Shown here: piece after piece, positions 51,603 through 62,463 of the stretch
Position numbering within the stretch: the first letter of the stretch is position 1
Layout of the letters: each line of letters begins with the position of its first letter
Origin: an uncultured Acidobacteriota bacterium
GTDB taxonomy: Bacteria > Acidobacteriota > UBA6911 > RPQK01 > JAPXNP01
Assembly: GCA_963777605.1 (NCBI GenBank)
Contig: CAVZRV010000007.1
Span: 1-64,000, forward strand
Reading direction: 5' to 3'
DNA length: 64,000 nucleotides
The notes under the pieces: model-generated
The model's input: the letters and a program-made list of their open reading frames with translations, nothing else
What the model was told of the DNA's origin: nothing
Databases searched by the model: none
Made by a program: the position numbers and the translations under genes

Positions 51603-52094
51603 ATGGGAAAACTCAGAATCGAGCCAAAAGTCAAGCCACCGGTCACAAAAGAGGAATACGAGTACTACAAGAAACTGTTGTCAGAAGCTCGGAACGCCTC
51701 AGACTCCAACAATGTGTTTTATGATCTGGACGATGGGGAGAACCCCAGAAAAGTCCGCCGTGCGCTTCAGTATGTAGCAGACGCGGAGGGAGTGGGACTG
51801 GGCGTAAGGGCCAATCGAAAGGACAACAATCTGGCCCTGCGTTTTTCGGACGCGTCTCGCGGATCGGCTTCTCGGGGTTCCGTTGGGGGACGGATCTCGG
51901 CCGCCGAGTCAAAGGAACGAATCCTGGACACACTGCGTTCGTCCAAGAGCCCGCTCAAGAAAGCTGAAATCGTGAGCGCTTCCGGCGTAAGCCCGTCCAG
52001 CTGGAATCTTCGCATCAAGGAACTGCTCGATGAAAAACTGGTTCAGCGGCACGGCAGTGGTCGCGAGACTACCTACACGCTGAAGCGCAAATAG
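51603..52094 (+). CDS. Basic protein with C-terminal winged HTH
   Basis: ERILDTLR....LKKAEIV..SGVS.SSW...IKELL.EKLV.R.G.GR.T.Y. Confidence 0.75.
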   Translation: MGKLRIEPKVKPPVTKEEYEYYKKLLSEARNASDSNNVFYDLDDGENPRKVRRALQYVADAEGVGLGVRANRKDNNLALRFSDASRGSASRGSVGGRISAAESKERILDTLRSSKSPLKKAEIVSASGVSPSSWNLRIKELLDEKLVQRHGSGRETTYTLKRK

Positions 52095-52232
52095 CCGGCA
52101 TCTGCGATACGCTTTTCGACGATCGTTACCTTTCCTTTTTCGCGGTATAGTGATTTACCTGTGCAATCCGTCTATCCGATGATTCGGGGAAGGTAAGACC
52201 GGCTTTCATTAAGAGAGATTGATCGAGTTGTT

Positions 52233-52814
52233 ATGAGTGGAGAATCAACCCGCAAAAAGTCTGCTTTTCAGGTATCCGATCGGCGCTTCTGGGCACAGGA
52301 TGAGTCGATCATTGACAGGGCGAATGTTCCCGAGTCCAAGTATCCTTCCTTTGTGGAAGAGCTTAAGGCCCGAACTGAAGCCGCAGAACAGAAACTGCGC
52401 GAACGGCTCGAACAACTCGACAAAGAAAACGCGGCCTACCGAGAGCGTCTGGAACGCTTGGTCGAGACGCGAGTAGACCGCATCAAGGCCGATCTCCTGC
52501 ATGAATACCTTGAAGTAGCAGACAATCTGGAGCGCGCGCTGGGAGCAGCGACTTCAGCAGACGCGTTCGAAGCGCTCAAAGAAGGAGTCTCACTCAACCT
52601 GGGACTCCTTCTGACGAAGTTGCGCGCTGCCGGTGTGGAGCCTGTAGAGACGCTCCATGCCCCCTTCGATCCTGCCCACGCTGAGGCCGTCGGGGTGATT
52701 TCGGTCGAGAGGCCCGAGCAGGACGGCCTGGTGCTCGAGGAGCTCCAAAAAGGCTATCGCCTCAAAGATCAGGTCTTGCGGCCCGCCCGAGTTCGAGTCG
52801 GCAAGATGGCGTAA
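52233..52814 (+). CDS. grpE: Nucleotide exchange factor GrpE
   Basis: LEVADNLERAL, FDPAHAEAV, QKGYRLKDQVLRPARVRV. Confidence 0.92.
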   Translation: MSGESTRKKSAFQVSDRRFWAQDESIIDRANVPESKYPSFVEELKARTEAAEQKLRERLEQLDKENAAYRERLERLVETRVDRIKADLLHEYLEVADNLERALGAATSADAFEALKEGVSLNLGLLLTKLRAAGVEPVETLHAPFDPAHAEAVGVISVERPEQDGLVLEELQKGYRLKDQVLRPARVRVGKMA

Positions 52815-52876
52815 ACGGAGGCCTCAACCGCACCCGAGCAGGCACCGTGTTATGCCGAATGTGCCCTTCCTGGACC

Positions 52877-53518
52877 TCACTGCCGATACTCGATTCGAAT
52901 TGCCTTAATGATCTGCCGGCCGGCAGGACGGTACTTGAGCGCTGGGTGCTGCTGTTTGGTCAGGGGAGCGCGTGAGATTGCCTCCGCAACATCGATTCCA
53001 TCAACCACTTTTCCAAACACATTGTACTTCCCGTCCCAGTCCGGGGTGCGCTTCAACACGATGAAGAACTGGCAACTTCCACCGTTGTCGGCTCCGTCCT
53101 CGTGTCCCATGGCCACGGTCCCTCTTTCCATTGGAACAGCGCTGAACTCCTGGGGAAGGTACGCGCCCGAGGTTCCCTGCCCGTCATTGAAGGGATCGTT
53201 GTCACGAGAGAGGGGATCTCCACCCTGGATCATCCGATCCGCGATGACGCGGTGGAACGACGTCCGACCGTAGAAGCCGAGTTGGGCCAGTTCGATAAAA
53301 CTCTCCACCGTTTCCGGGGCAGCGTCCGGCAGCAGTTCCACGGTGATAATCCCTGAGTCGGTCTCAATGACGGCAAAAGGCCGTCCCTGTGGTTTCGGTT
53401 CGGTCTTCGGAGCCTGAGTCTGGGCTTCTGTCTTTGCGCCGGAGTTGTCCGGTCCCGCTTCACACCCTGACAAGGCCAGGGACAGGGCCAGACAGACGAC
53501 GAGTCCAAATGTCTTCAT
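52877..53518 (-). CDS. Cyclophilin-type PPIase lipoprotein
   Basis: Lipobox LSGC, AP.TV..F..LA..GFY...FHRVI...MIQGGDP, QFFI, Y.VFGKV. Confidence 0.92.
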   Translation of the reverse strand: MKTFGLVVCLALSLALSGCEAGPDNSGAKTEAQTQAPKTEPKPQGRPFAVIETDSGIITVELLPDAAPETVESFIELAQLGFYGRTSFHRVIADRMIQGGDPLSRDNDPFNDGQGTSGAYLPQEFSAVPMERGTVAMGHEDGADNGGSCQFFIVLKRTPDWDGKYNVFGKVVDGIDVAEAISRAPLTKQQHPALKYRPAGRQIIKAIRIEYRQ

Positions 53519-53586
53519 GGCCCCGATTATGTACGACAAGTGCGACTGTGGCCAGATCACCAGGCGAGCAGGACGAATCCCTTCGC

Positions 53587-54120
53587 CTATTTTGCAGTGG
53601 GGACATCAACGGATCGCCAGCGGCGCTGCTTTCGTCGTCCCACACCTCCACTGAAGGTGTAGCACAGGGCCAACGCCAGAGCATCCGCAGCATCGTGGGG
53701 CTGAGGTGGCTCCCGCAGTCCGAGCAGCGTCTTGACCATTACCTGCACTTGCTGCTTGTCGGCGCGACCATAGCCCACGACCGATTTCTTGACTTCCAGG
53801 GGCGAGAACTCCACTAGTGCGAGGCCATTCAGTTGAGCCACAAGAAGGAGCACGCCGCGGACATGGCCCAAGGTCAGAGCACTCTTCACGTTGCTAGCGT
53901 GAAAAACGCTCTCAACCACCATGGCATCCGGACTGTGTTCCCGAATGATCTCGTTCAGGCGCTCAAATATCGTCTCCAGCCGGGCTGGGAAAGGAGGAGC
54001 AGGCCCGGATCCAACCAGGCGAATCGCCCCGTAGTCGAGACAGCGGACTTTATTTCCTTCAGTTCGCACCAGGCCGAAACCGGTCACCCGGCTGCCCGGG
54101 TCGACACCCAGGACCACCAT
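53587..54120 (-). CDS. ruvC: Holliday junction resolvase RuvC
   Basis: LGVDPGS, VE.VF, GYGRADKQQV, DAADALA. Confidence 0.96.
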   Translation of the reverse strand: MVVLGVDPGSRVTGFGLVRTEGNKVRCLDYGAIRLVGSGPAPPFPARLETIFERLNEIIREHSPDAMVVESVFHASNVKSALTLGHVRGVLLLVAQLNGLALVEFSPLEVKKSVVGYGRADKQQVQVMVKTLLGLREPPQPHDAADALALALCYTFSGGVGRRKQRRWRSVDVPTAK

Positions 54121-54153
54121 GAAACTATCCTACCCGACGCGGACTGACCACTC

Positions 54154-54906
54154 TCAGCGGGAGGCGAAAGATTCCAGTTCTTCTTCGTCTATGTCGAAGT
54201 TGGCATAGACGTTTTGGACGTCGTCGTGATCCTCCAACGCTTCCATGAGATTCATCATCTGTCCGGCAGGTTTCCCCTCGAGATGGATCTCGTTCTGCGG
54301 GATCATGGTCAGCGAACTCTCTTCCATCTGGATGCCGGCACTCTCAATGGCCTGTTTGACCGCCTCGAACTGCTCCAGGGGAGTGTAGATCGAGTACATT
54401 TCGTCATCTGACTGCAGGTCTTCCGCTCCCGCTTCCAGGGCAATCTCAAGAAGCTTCTCTTCGGAAACTGCTTCCTTGCTGACAGCCAGGTAGCCCTTCT
54501 TGTCGAACATCCACTGGACACTGCCCGCTTCCCCCAGATTTCCGCCAGACCTGGAGAAGATGTACCGGATCTCGGCCACCGTGCGGTTCTTGTTGTCGGT
54601 CAACGTTTCCACGAATACCGCCACGCCGCCCGGGCCGTAACCCTCGTAGGAGGATTCCTCGTAGCTCTGCCCAGGCAGCTCACCGGTTCCCTTGAGGACG
54701 GCGCGCTTGATGTTGTCCTGGGGCATGTTGGCATCCTTGGCCGTCTGGATGGCTGCCCTCAGCCGTGGGTTGGACGCGAGATCCCCGCCACCTAGTCTGG
54801 CTGCAACACTGATTTCCTTGATGAGCCGGGTAAACACCTTTCCGCGTTTGGCATCAGCCGCCGCCTTCTTATGTTTAATGGAATGCCACTTGGAATGTCC
54901 GGACAT
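54154..54906 (-). CDS. yebC: YebC/PmpR family protein
   Basis: [30 protein letters not shown]. Confidence 0.96.
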   Translation of the reverse strand: MSGHSKWHSIKHKKAAADAKRGKVFTRLIKEISVAARLGGGDLASNPRLRAAIQTAKDANMPQDNIKRAVLKGTGELPGQSYEESSYEGYGPGGVAVFVETLTDNKNRTVAEIRYIFSRSGGNLGEAGSVQWMFDKKGYLAVSKEAVSEEKLLEIALEAGAEDLQSDDEMYSIYTPLEQFEAVKQAIESAGIQMEESSLTMIPQNEIHLEGKPAGQMMNLMEALEDHDDVQNVYANFDIDEEELESFASR

Positions 54907-55011
54907 ATCACTTCTCCTGTAAATTCTCCCTCTTACGGGCGTATTTTAGCATGGCCCAATTACAGTCGATACGGTCTTCTCGAATGGTCCCCTTCAGGGA
55001 TAATGGGAGCT

Positions 55012-55797
55012 GTGAAGAATACCCGAAAGGAACAACCCAGTGCCAGGCTGACGGCGGGCAGGCGGCGGAAATATCGCGCCACCATCCAGTACGTGGGCTC
55101 CCGTTACCAGGGGTGGCAGATTCAGGCGGGGGGTCGAACCGTGCAGGGGGTCATTTCGGAGATCCTTACTCGCCTGGCCGGGGAACCCGTCACGGTAGTT
55201 GGCGCCGGCCGGACCGATTCGGGCGTTCATGCCCTTGGCCAGGTGGCCCACTTCTACTTCCGGGAAAAGGCCTCGATTCCCAACCTGCAGAAGACGATGA
55301 ATGCCCTGTTGCCGAACGACATCCGGATCTTCCGGCTCCGGCCCGTAGTTCCATCCTTCCATGCTCAGCATGGAGCCCGCCTCAAGCGCTACGAGTACCG
55401 AATCTTCACCGGCCCCGTGCTTTCTCCGTTCCTGATCGACCGAATTTGTCATTGCCCCGGGCCGCTGGAGGCGAGCCGGATGCGGGAAGCCGCCTCAATG
55501 CTGATCGGGTTGCACGATTTCACTTCTTTTACCGCTTCGGCAAGCCGGGTTCGGAATCGACGCAGGGAGTTGACCCGGTCCGAGGTCCGGCAACGCGGCA
55601 GCATGGTCCTGTATCGCGTGGAGGGGCGGGGATTCCTGCATCACATGGTCCGCAACATCGCCGGGACACTGATCGAGATCGGCCAGGGAAAGCGTGACGT
55701 TCAGGACATTCCGAGGATTCTGGAGGCTCGAGACCGCAGCGTTGCAGGCCCAACCGCTCCGGCAGCAGGACTTTACCTGGTGAGAATCTGGTACTGA
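55012..55797 (+). CDS. truA: tRNA pseudouridine(38-40) synthase
   Basis: Y.GWQ.Q, GAGRTDSGVHALGQ, FLHHMVRNI.GTL, TAPA.GL.L. Start uncertain. Confidence 0.94.
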   Translation: MKNTRKEQPSARLTAGRRRKYRATIQYVGSRYQGWQIQAGGRTVQGVISEILTRLAGEPVTVVGAGRTDSGVHALGQVAHFYFREKASIPNLQKTMNALLPNDIRIFRLRPVVPSFHAQHGARLKRYEYRIFTGPVLSPFLIDRICHCPGPLEASRMREAASMLIGLHDFTSFTASASRVRNRRRELTRSEVRQRGSMVLYRVEGRGFLHHMVRNIAGTLIEIGQGKRDVQDIPRILEARDRSVAGPTAPAAGLYLVRIWY

Positions 55798-55928
55798 CCG
55801 GCACTCGCAAGCACGCCAGTCCCTCCCCTTCGAAGGGGGCAAGCAAGACCGCCAAACTGCACATTCGCACCCACGTGGCCGCACGGTTGTCCATGCGCGA
55901 CCGCGGATGATAGAGTTTGCTGGCTTCT

Positions 55929-56720
55929 ATGTCTGTATTTTCAAAGAATTTCGAGGGTATTATCCAGCCGGGCAGCCGCGAGTGGGATCTCCTGGAAAAG
56001 GTCGATCCCAAACGCCTGCCCCGCCATCTCGCCATCATCATGGACGGCAACGGCCGTTGGGCAAGACAGCGCGGTCTCCCCAGGGTCGAGGGACATCGTG
56101 CAGGGATCGAGGCGGTGCGGGCGGCGCTCGAGTACTCTGCACGCCTGGAGATTCCGGCGCTCACTCTCTACGCCTTTTCGGCGGAGAACTGGAAGCGCCC
56201 CGCGGACGAAGTCAAGACGCTCTGGTCGCTGCTCCGGCGTTACCTGAGAAGTGAACTCAAGACGCTCCAGGAACACTCCATCCGATTCACTCCCATCGGC
56301 CGGATCCACGAACTGCCCCCGCGAGTTCGGGAAGAACTGCTTCGAGCCCAGGACGAGACCAGAGAAAACGACCGGATGGACCTCGCAATAGCCTTGAACT
56401 ACAGCGGGCGCCTCGAAATTGTGGATGCCTTCAACAGTCTGGCTTCCAGCGCGATCGACCGCCCAATCAATGAAGAGGATGTCTCGCGGCACCTTTATAC
56501 GTCTAATCTTCCCAACCTGGATCTGCTCATACGAACCAGCGGCGAAATGCGGCTCAGCAATTTCCTTCTGTGGCAGGTTGCCTACGCCGAGATCTACGTT
56601 TCGCAGGTCCTCTGGCCGGACTTCAGGGGCATCGATCTTCTCGAGGCGGTCATCGCCTTCCAGCAACGGGAACGGCGTTTTGGAGGCCTCGACCCGAAGG
56701 TGAAACAGGTAACCCAATGA
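55929..56720 (+). CDS. uppS: Undecaprenyl diphosphate synthase
   Basis: HLAIIMDGNGRWA, YAFSAENWKRP, IRTSGEMRLSNFLLWQ. Confidence 0.96.
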   Translation: MSVFSKNFEGIIQPGSREWDLLEKVDPKRLPRHLAIIMDGNGRWARQRGLPRVEGHRAGIEAVRAALEYSARLEIPALTLYAFSAENWKRPADEVKTLWSLLRRYLRSELKTLQEHSIRFTPIGRIHELPPRVREELLRAQDETRENDRMDLAIALNYSGRLEIVDAFNSLASSAIDRPINEEDVSRHLYTSNLPNLDLLIRTSGEMRLSNFLLWQVAYAEIYVSQVLWPDFRGIDLLEAVIAFQQRERRFGGLDPKVKQVTQ

Positions 56721-57541
56721 CTGCAAGGATTCTCACCGCAGTTGTCCTGATCCCGGTTGTCCTGGCGGCGATTTTTCTGGCTCCCCTCTGGGCCTTTCTG
56801 ATCCTCATCACGGTGACCGGGATTCTCGGGCTCAGAGAATTTCAGAATCTCCTCGGAAAATCGGGCGCGGCACTTCTCCCCGAGACGTACCCGGCGCTCG
56901 CACTGGCGCCATGGATAGCCGGATACTTCGGAGCCTGGTTACCCGCCTTTCTGCTGGCCGTGTTCCTGCTGCTTGCGTTCAGCCTGCTCGTGCGGGTCCG
57001 CGACGTCAAGCAGGGACTGCCGACGCTGGGAGGGAGTCTGCTCGCGCTGGTCTACATCGGACTCCCCATCTCGCTGACGGGGCTGCTCCATCCCAAGGCT
57101 ACGGAGTGGGCCTTCGGATCCGGTGTCCAGCACCACCTCGTCACCGTACTCGTCATCGTCTGGGCAAGCGACTCGGCCGCCTACTTCGTTGGTCGAGCGA
57201 TCGGGCGGCACAAGGTCCTGACTCACCTGAGTCCCAAGAAATCTCTCGAGGGTTTCATCGCCGGCATCACCGTACCGACCCTGCTGTTGCCCCTTGCCGG
57301 CCAGATTCTCCTGCCCGGGCGGTCGGTTCTCTTTCTGGTCGTTACCGGGTTGGTGGTCAGTATTGCCGGGGAATCTGGCGACTTGCTCGAATCGATGTTC
57401 AAACGGGGAGCCGGCGTAAAGGACACCTCTCAACTGCTTCCGGGACACGGGGGAATCCTCGATCGGATCGACAGCCTGTTGACCGCTTTCCCCGCCTATT
57501 TCCTGCTGGTGATTCTGTTAGAATCGCCGACGCTGGCATGA
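56717..57541 (+). CDS. cdsA: Phosphatidate cytidylyltransferase
   Basis: SDSAAYFVG, SPKKSLEG, GDLLESMFKR.AGVKD...LPGHGGILDRIDS. ATGA overlap with uppS. Confidence 0.95.
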   Translation: MTARILTAVVLIPVVLAAIFLAPLWAFLILITVTGILGLREFQNLLGKSGAALLPETYPALALAPWIAGYFGAWLPAFLLAVFLLLAFSLLVRVRDVKQGLPTLGGSLLALVYIGLPISLTGLLHPKATEWAFGSGVQHHLVTVLVIVWASDSAAYFVGRAIGRHKVLTHLSPKKSLEGFIAGITVPTLLLPLAGQILLPGRSVLFLVVTGLVVSIAGESGDLLESMFKRGAGVKDTSQLLPGHGGILDRIDSLLTAFPAYFLLVILLESPTLA

Positions 57542-57545
57542 ATCA

Positions 57546-58715
57546 ATGAGACGATTGTCGATTTTGGGTTCCACCGGTTCCATCGGGCAGAGCGCCCTCA
57601 GCCTCGCCGGCCTGTACCCTGATCGAATCGAAATCGTTGCTCTCGCCGCCCGGAGGAATTCGGCTGCCCTCTATTCCCAGGTGGAGAAATTCCATCCCCG
57701 GTTGGTTGCCTTGCACGATCCGGCTGCCGCGGAGGAACTGCGGCGTCAAGTGCCGTCTGTCAAAGTAGTCTCTGGAGTTGAAGGCTTGACCGAAGTGGCC
57801 TGTCACCCGGATGCCGACACGGTAGTATCCGCCGTGACCGGTGCCGCCGGACTCAAGCCCACCTACCACGCGGTGGAGGAAGGCAAGACGATTGCACTGG
57901 CCAACAAAGAGGCGATGGTCATGGCGGGAGGTCTCCTGGTCCCTCTCGCGGAGTCCTGCGGGAGCACGATCCTTCCCGTAGACAGCGAGCACAGTGCGCT
58001 GCATCAGTGCCTGCGGGGCAGCAGAAGATCCGAAGTCAAGCGACTGATCCTGACGGCATCGGGAGGTCCGTTCATCGATCATTCCCCAAGTGAACTGACT
58101 ACCGTCACGGTGGAAGAGGCACTCAACCACCCCACCTGGAGCATGGGGCAGAAAATTACCATCGACTCGGCGACCTTGATGAACAAGGGGCTCGAGGTGA
58201 TCGAAGCGCACCATTTCTTTGGCGTTACGGAGAACCGCATTTCGGTAGTGGTTCACCCGCAGTCGGTGATCCACTCGATTGTGGAGTTCGTGGACGGGAC
58301 GATGCTTGCCCAAATGAGTATTACCGACATGCGCTCCTGTCTCCTCTATGCCCTCGGCCTGCCGGGCCGCTGGGAATCCCGCCTTCCTGCGCTGGACCTG
58401 TACAGTATCCCTTCGCTCGAGTTCCGGGCGCCGGATCAGGATCGATTCCCCTGTTTACGACTGGCTTACGAAGCACTTCGAATGGGAGGCACCTTCCCGA
58501 CCGTGCTCAATGCCGCCAACGAGGTGGCGGTTGCCCTGTTTCTCGAACACCGACTCCCGTTCAGTGGGATTCCGATACTCATCGAGCAAGCCCTTCAGCA
58601 GCACTCTCCTGTTGCCGTGTCCGGCCTCGATGACCTCCTCGAGGTCGACCGACGCACGCGGGCATCGGTAGCCCGGAGTCAGGCCCGGACCGGGGCTGGT
58701 GACGAGGAGAAATGA
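57546..58715 (+). CDS. dxr: 1-deoxy-D-xylulose-5-phosphate reductoisomerase
   Basis: LGSTGSIG, LANKE, PVDSEH, LTASGGPF, KITIDSATLMNKGLEVIEA. Confidence 0.97.
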   Translation: MRRLSILGSTGSIGQSALSLAGLYPDRIEIVALAARRNSAALYSQVEKFHPRLVALHDPAAAEELRRQVPSVKVVSGVEGLTEVACHPDADTVVSAVTGAAGLKPTYHAVEEGKTIALANKEAMVMAGGLLVPLAESCGSTILPVDSEHSALHQCLRGSRRSEVKRLILTASGGPFIDHSPSELTTVTVEEALNHPTWSMGQKITIDSATLMNKGLEVIEAHHFFGVTENRISVVVHPQSVIHSIVEFVDGTMLAQMSITDMRSCLLYALGLPGRWESRLPALDLYSIPSLEFRAPDQDRFPCLRLAYEALRMGGTFPTVLNAANEVAVALFLEHRLPFSGIPILIEQALQQHSPVAVSGLDDLLEVDRRTRASVARSQARTGAGDEEK

Positions 58716-58781
58716 AACGGCTTACCGGCTTTTGCGTCTTACATTTAGAAATGGATCTGTGCTGAAAGGAATGGCTGGACC

Positions 58782-60112
58782 TTGGAAGCGATAAATTCAA
58801 TAAGCTGGACTCTAGTTTCCTTCATTTTCGTACTGGGGATCATGATCTTCGTCCACGAACTGGGCCATTACCTCATGGCCAAGATCCTGGGCATTCGGGT
58901 CGAGGTGTTCTCCCTGGGATTCGGACCCCGATTGATCGGATTCAAGTGGGGCGATACCGACTACCGGATTTCCGCACTGCCGCTTGGTGGCTTTGTAAAA
59001 ATGCTGGGTGAGAACTATGACGAGGACTTGAGCGGAAGTAATGACGAGTTTCTGTCCCGGCCCAAAATCCACCGCTTTGCGGTGGCGGTCGCAGGCCCGG
59101 TGATGAATGTCATTCTGGCCGTCGTCCTGTTGACTGGGATCTACATCGTCGGAATCCAGGTCCCGGCCTACCTCAGCCAACACCCTGTCGTCGGTTACGT
59201 CGCGGCCGATTCTCCCGCATCAGATGCCGGCATCGAAGACGGCGACCAGATTCTCTCAGTCGGTGACGTATCGACTCCTACCTGGGAGTCGCTTCAGCTA
59301 ACGGTAGCGACAACTCCCGGACAGACCGTTGAGGTCCAGATTGAGCGCTCTGGCCAGGAATATCAGAAGATCGTCCACATTTCCGAGGATCCGACTTCGG
59401 GCGCAGGTTACATGGGTGTTCTACCACCCTCTCAGGCGATGGTTTCGGCTGTCGAGGAATCTGGACCCGCCGCCAAGGCAGGGCTTAAGCCGGGAGACAT
59501 CATCATATCGGCCTCCAGCGAAGGCTCCAAGACCGACAAGTACGATCAGATCCTCTCCGTAATCGCCTCTTCGAACGGGCGCCCTGTGGATTTCGAGATC
59601 AAACGTGGCGACGAGACCTTCTCGCGGTCTATCACGCCGATTGAAATCGATGGCAAGACCAGAGTCGGAGTGGTCATCGGCCCGGTTCCGATTCTGGAAA
59701 GCAGAACCGAGCGGTACGGACTGTTCACGGCCCTCGGAAAAGCCACCGAGAGAAACTGGCAACTCACGATGCTCACGTTCCGAATCGTAGGGAAGCTGGT
59801 TACCGGCCAGACTTCCATAAAGATGATGTCCGGTCCCATCGAGATAGCCCGGGTCTCCGGGCCAGGCGGCCGTCTCAGGGTGCGATCGCGCTGGTCTCGT
59901 TCATGTCCCTGATTTCGCTGCAGCTCGGAATCTTCAACCTGCTCCCCATACCGATCCTGGACGGGGGGACCATCTTCCTGATGATCATCGAGAGCCTCAT
60001 CGGCCGTGAACTCAGCATGAAAGCCAAGGAACGGATCTTCCAGGTCGGATTCATCTTCCTGATCCTGCTCATGAGCATTGTAATCTTCAACGATATCGCC
60101 AAGATCTTCTGA
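58782..60112 (+). CDS. rseP: RIP metalloprotease RseP with two PDZ domains (frameshift near 59860-59885)
   Basis: HELGH, GFGP, PLGGFVKM, AGP..N. The NLLPIPILDGG motif lies in the downstream frame 59903-60112. Confidence 0.9.
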
Positions 60113-60166
60113 AGCGGCGACTGGGCTTCCAACGCCGGTTGGGCGGGCTGAGCAACTCGCGGGGTC

Positions 60167-61201
60167 TCAGTGCACCACGTAGCTCAGGACAGTGACTCCG
60201 ACGTATACCGCCAGCAGGACGAATCCGAACGGTCTCTTCATGTGGGTCCCCGAAAGCAGAATGCCGACCCGAAAGACCAGCAAGACCAGGAGCATCGACG
60301 GGAAATAGAGGGTGAAAAAATGCGCCGGAGCCGCCAGGCCTCCCGTCGTCGCCGCGGCAGCGGCACCAGCGACGAAAAGGACATTCAGGATATCGGCGCC
60401 GATAATGTTCCCGACTGCCAGCTCTCCATGCCCCTTCCGGGCGGCCGTTACCGCCGTTACCAGTTCCGGCAGGGAGGTTCCGAAGGCAACCATGGTTGCC
60501 GCAATTATGCTCTCCGGCACTCCAAGCCGCTCAGCCGCCTCTGACACCGCAGGGATCAACACCCACGACGAAGCGACCACCAAAGCCAGTGCGGCGAGGA
60601 GTTTCAAGACAGCCGCAACCGACGACTCCATCGGGCTTGGACTCACTTCGGCGAGTTGTGGTCCAACCTCCGCGCCTCCTTCACTTCGTGCCCACCGGAC
60701 ACTGAAGAAGAGGTAGAGCCCCAGCAGGCCGAGGAAGAGAATGCCCAACGCCCGGGGAAGCCCGCCACCGGCGGAAAAGGCTGAACCGGGGTCAGCCCAG
60801 GGAAGACAGGAAGCTACCAGTCCAAAGCCGCAGAACAACTGGATCCATCCCTGCCGGTTGACAATGTGCCGATCCAGGGGCAGCGGGGATATCAGGCATG
60901 CCAGCCCCAGAATCAGGCCGGTATCGCAGATGATGGACCCAACTGCGTTCCCGAGTGCCAGTCCGGGACGCCCCTGAACAGCCGCGAGCACCGATACCAC
61001 CGCCTCGGGAGAAGTCGTTCCCAGGCTCACAACGGTTGCGCCGATGACAACTTTGGGAATACCGGAACGGCTCGAAAGGGTTACCGCCTCGGCGACAAGC
61101 CAGTCCGCAGCCCGACCCAGGAGCCCCAGGCAAACCCCGATCACGACCGCCAAGACAGGCCAGGGAGCCTGTGCCAGAAGGTGTGCCAGGTACTCTTCCA
61201 T
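60167..61201 (-). CDS. Ca2+/Na+ antiporter (YrbG family)
   Basis: Alpha repeats GTTSPE...GNAVGS and GTSLPE...GNIIGA. Confidence 0.9.
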   Translation of the reverse strand: MEEYLAHLLAQAPWPVLAVVIGVCLGLLGRAADWLVAEAVTLSSRSGIPKVVIGATVVSLGTTSPEAVVSVLAAVQGRPGLALGNAVGSIICDTGLILGLACLISPLPLDRHIVNRQGWIQLFCGFGLVASCLPWADPGSAFSAGGGLPRALGILFLGLLGLYLFFSVRWARSEGGAEVGPQLAEVSPSPMESSVAAVLKLLAALALVVASSWVLIPAVSEAAERLGVPESIIAATMVAFGTSLPELVTAVTAARKGHGELAVGNIIGADILNVLFVAGAAAAATTGGLAAPAHFFTLYFPSMLLVLLVFRVGILLSGTHMKRPFGFVLLAVYVGVTVLSYVVH

Positions 61202-61318
61202 TAGCCGCGTCCCCGCATGAACTGACTATCCTAGCAGGAATGCAACCTGGGGTGCCGAAAGCCGGAGGGCCTTGGCTGGTGTCCTGGGTCAGGACATCAA
61301 GGAAGGAAAGAGACAAAA

Positions 61319-61370
61319 ATAAATAAGGGAAGGCTTATCCGGAAAGAAACCGGAAAAAACCTCCCCAAAA
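61319..61370 (-). terminator. Rho-independent terminator candidate after the STAS gene
   Basis: GGGGAAGG..CCGG..CCGG..CCTCCCC imperfect stem, followed on the minus strand by a T-rich run. Confidence 0.5.
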
Positions 61371-61392
61371 CTATCCTGGGCCTACTCAGCGC

Positions 61393-61728
61393 CTAGAAAC
61401 TGCCTACTGCCTCGGCCTCATCGTCGAACGTGTCGAATACGGTGAGCAGCTTCGTAATCGCGAGCAGCTCGTGCAGCTTCTTGGTCAGGTTGAGCAGCTT
61501 CAGCTGACCGCCCTGGTTGGTGACGGTCGTGAAGGAGCTGACCAACTCGCCAATCCCGGAACTATCCACGTAGCTCACGTTACCCATGTTCAGCAGGATC
61601 TTCTTTCTTCCGGCCTGCAGCAGGTCCCGCACATGGTTGCGGATCTCCGCGCTGCCCTCACCTATTGTGATCTTGCCGTGGATATCCATAATGGTCACGT
61701 CACTCACGGTTCGAGTTTCAATCTTCAT
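61393..61728 (-). CDS. STAS anti-sigma factor antagonist (RsbV/SpoIIAA-like)
   Basis: V.YVDSSGIGELV phosphoserine motif. Confidence 0.92.
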   Translation of the reverse strand: MKIETRTVSDVTIMDIHGKITIGEGSAEIRNHVRDLLQAGRKKILLNMGNVSYVDSSGIGELVSSFTTVTNQGGQLKLLNLTKKLHELLAITKLLTVFDTFDDEAEAVGSF

Positions 61729-62173
61729 GTTCCTCTCCCTGATGGTTACTGCCTCGAAGCTTTTCCATTATCACATCATGCCCGCCTTCGGGACGAACAT
61801 GGAACCTGACATTATCCATGAATGATCGCACAAAGAATATTCCACGTCCCCTGGGCTTGAGAAGATTTTCCGGATTCAGCGGATCGGGGATATCCGTTTC
61901 GCTAATTCCGTCGCCCTGGTCTCTCACCGTGATGACCAACCGCTCCGCCGATGTCTCGAAAAAGATTCGGACCTTCTTCTCCCTGTCTTCCCGGTTTCCG
62001 TGCTGGATCGCGTTCGTAACGGTCTCGCGCACCGACAATCCAATCCAATACAGGTCGTCGTTCTCGAACCCCATCATCCGGGCAACCCTGTCGGAAATCT
62101 CCTGAACCAAATCCAGGAAGGTGACGTCACTACCGAATGCAAGCTCAATCTCGTTGTGTTGCGACGAACTCAC
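61718..62173 (-). CDS. Anti-sigma factor / Ser kinase (RsbW-like)
   Basis: E.VTNAIQHGN, DQGDG, GRGIF...FMD. Confidence 0.9.
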   Translation of the reverse strand: MSSSQHNEIELAFGSDVTFLDLVQEISDRVARMMGFENDDLYWIGLSVRETVTNAIQHGNREDREKKVRIFFETSAERLVITVRDQGDGISETDIPDPLNPENLLKPRGRGIFFVRSFMDNVRFHVRPEGGHDVIMEKLRGSNHQGEEHED

Positions 62174-62463
62174 GGAAAGTTCTTTCGTCTAACGACCGGC
62201 GACCACCCTAGCATCCCAGCGGCACACCAACTAACGGGAACGAGAACCAATCGCAAACCTGCTCCTTCTAAGAACGTGCATGTTAATCACTGGAAACAGT
62301 TCTTGTCAACGGAGCCTGACAACTGAACCTCTTGGAAACGGGCCGCTTCCCGCCCATGTCCTGCCCGTCAATCCGGGGAACCCGGGCCGGCCTCGTCCCA
62401 GGCCGGCCCAACTGGTCCAAGTTCTTTGAGTAGTTATTTGATAAGATGGGTGAGCCGGCACCT

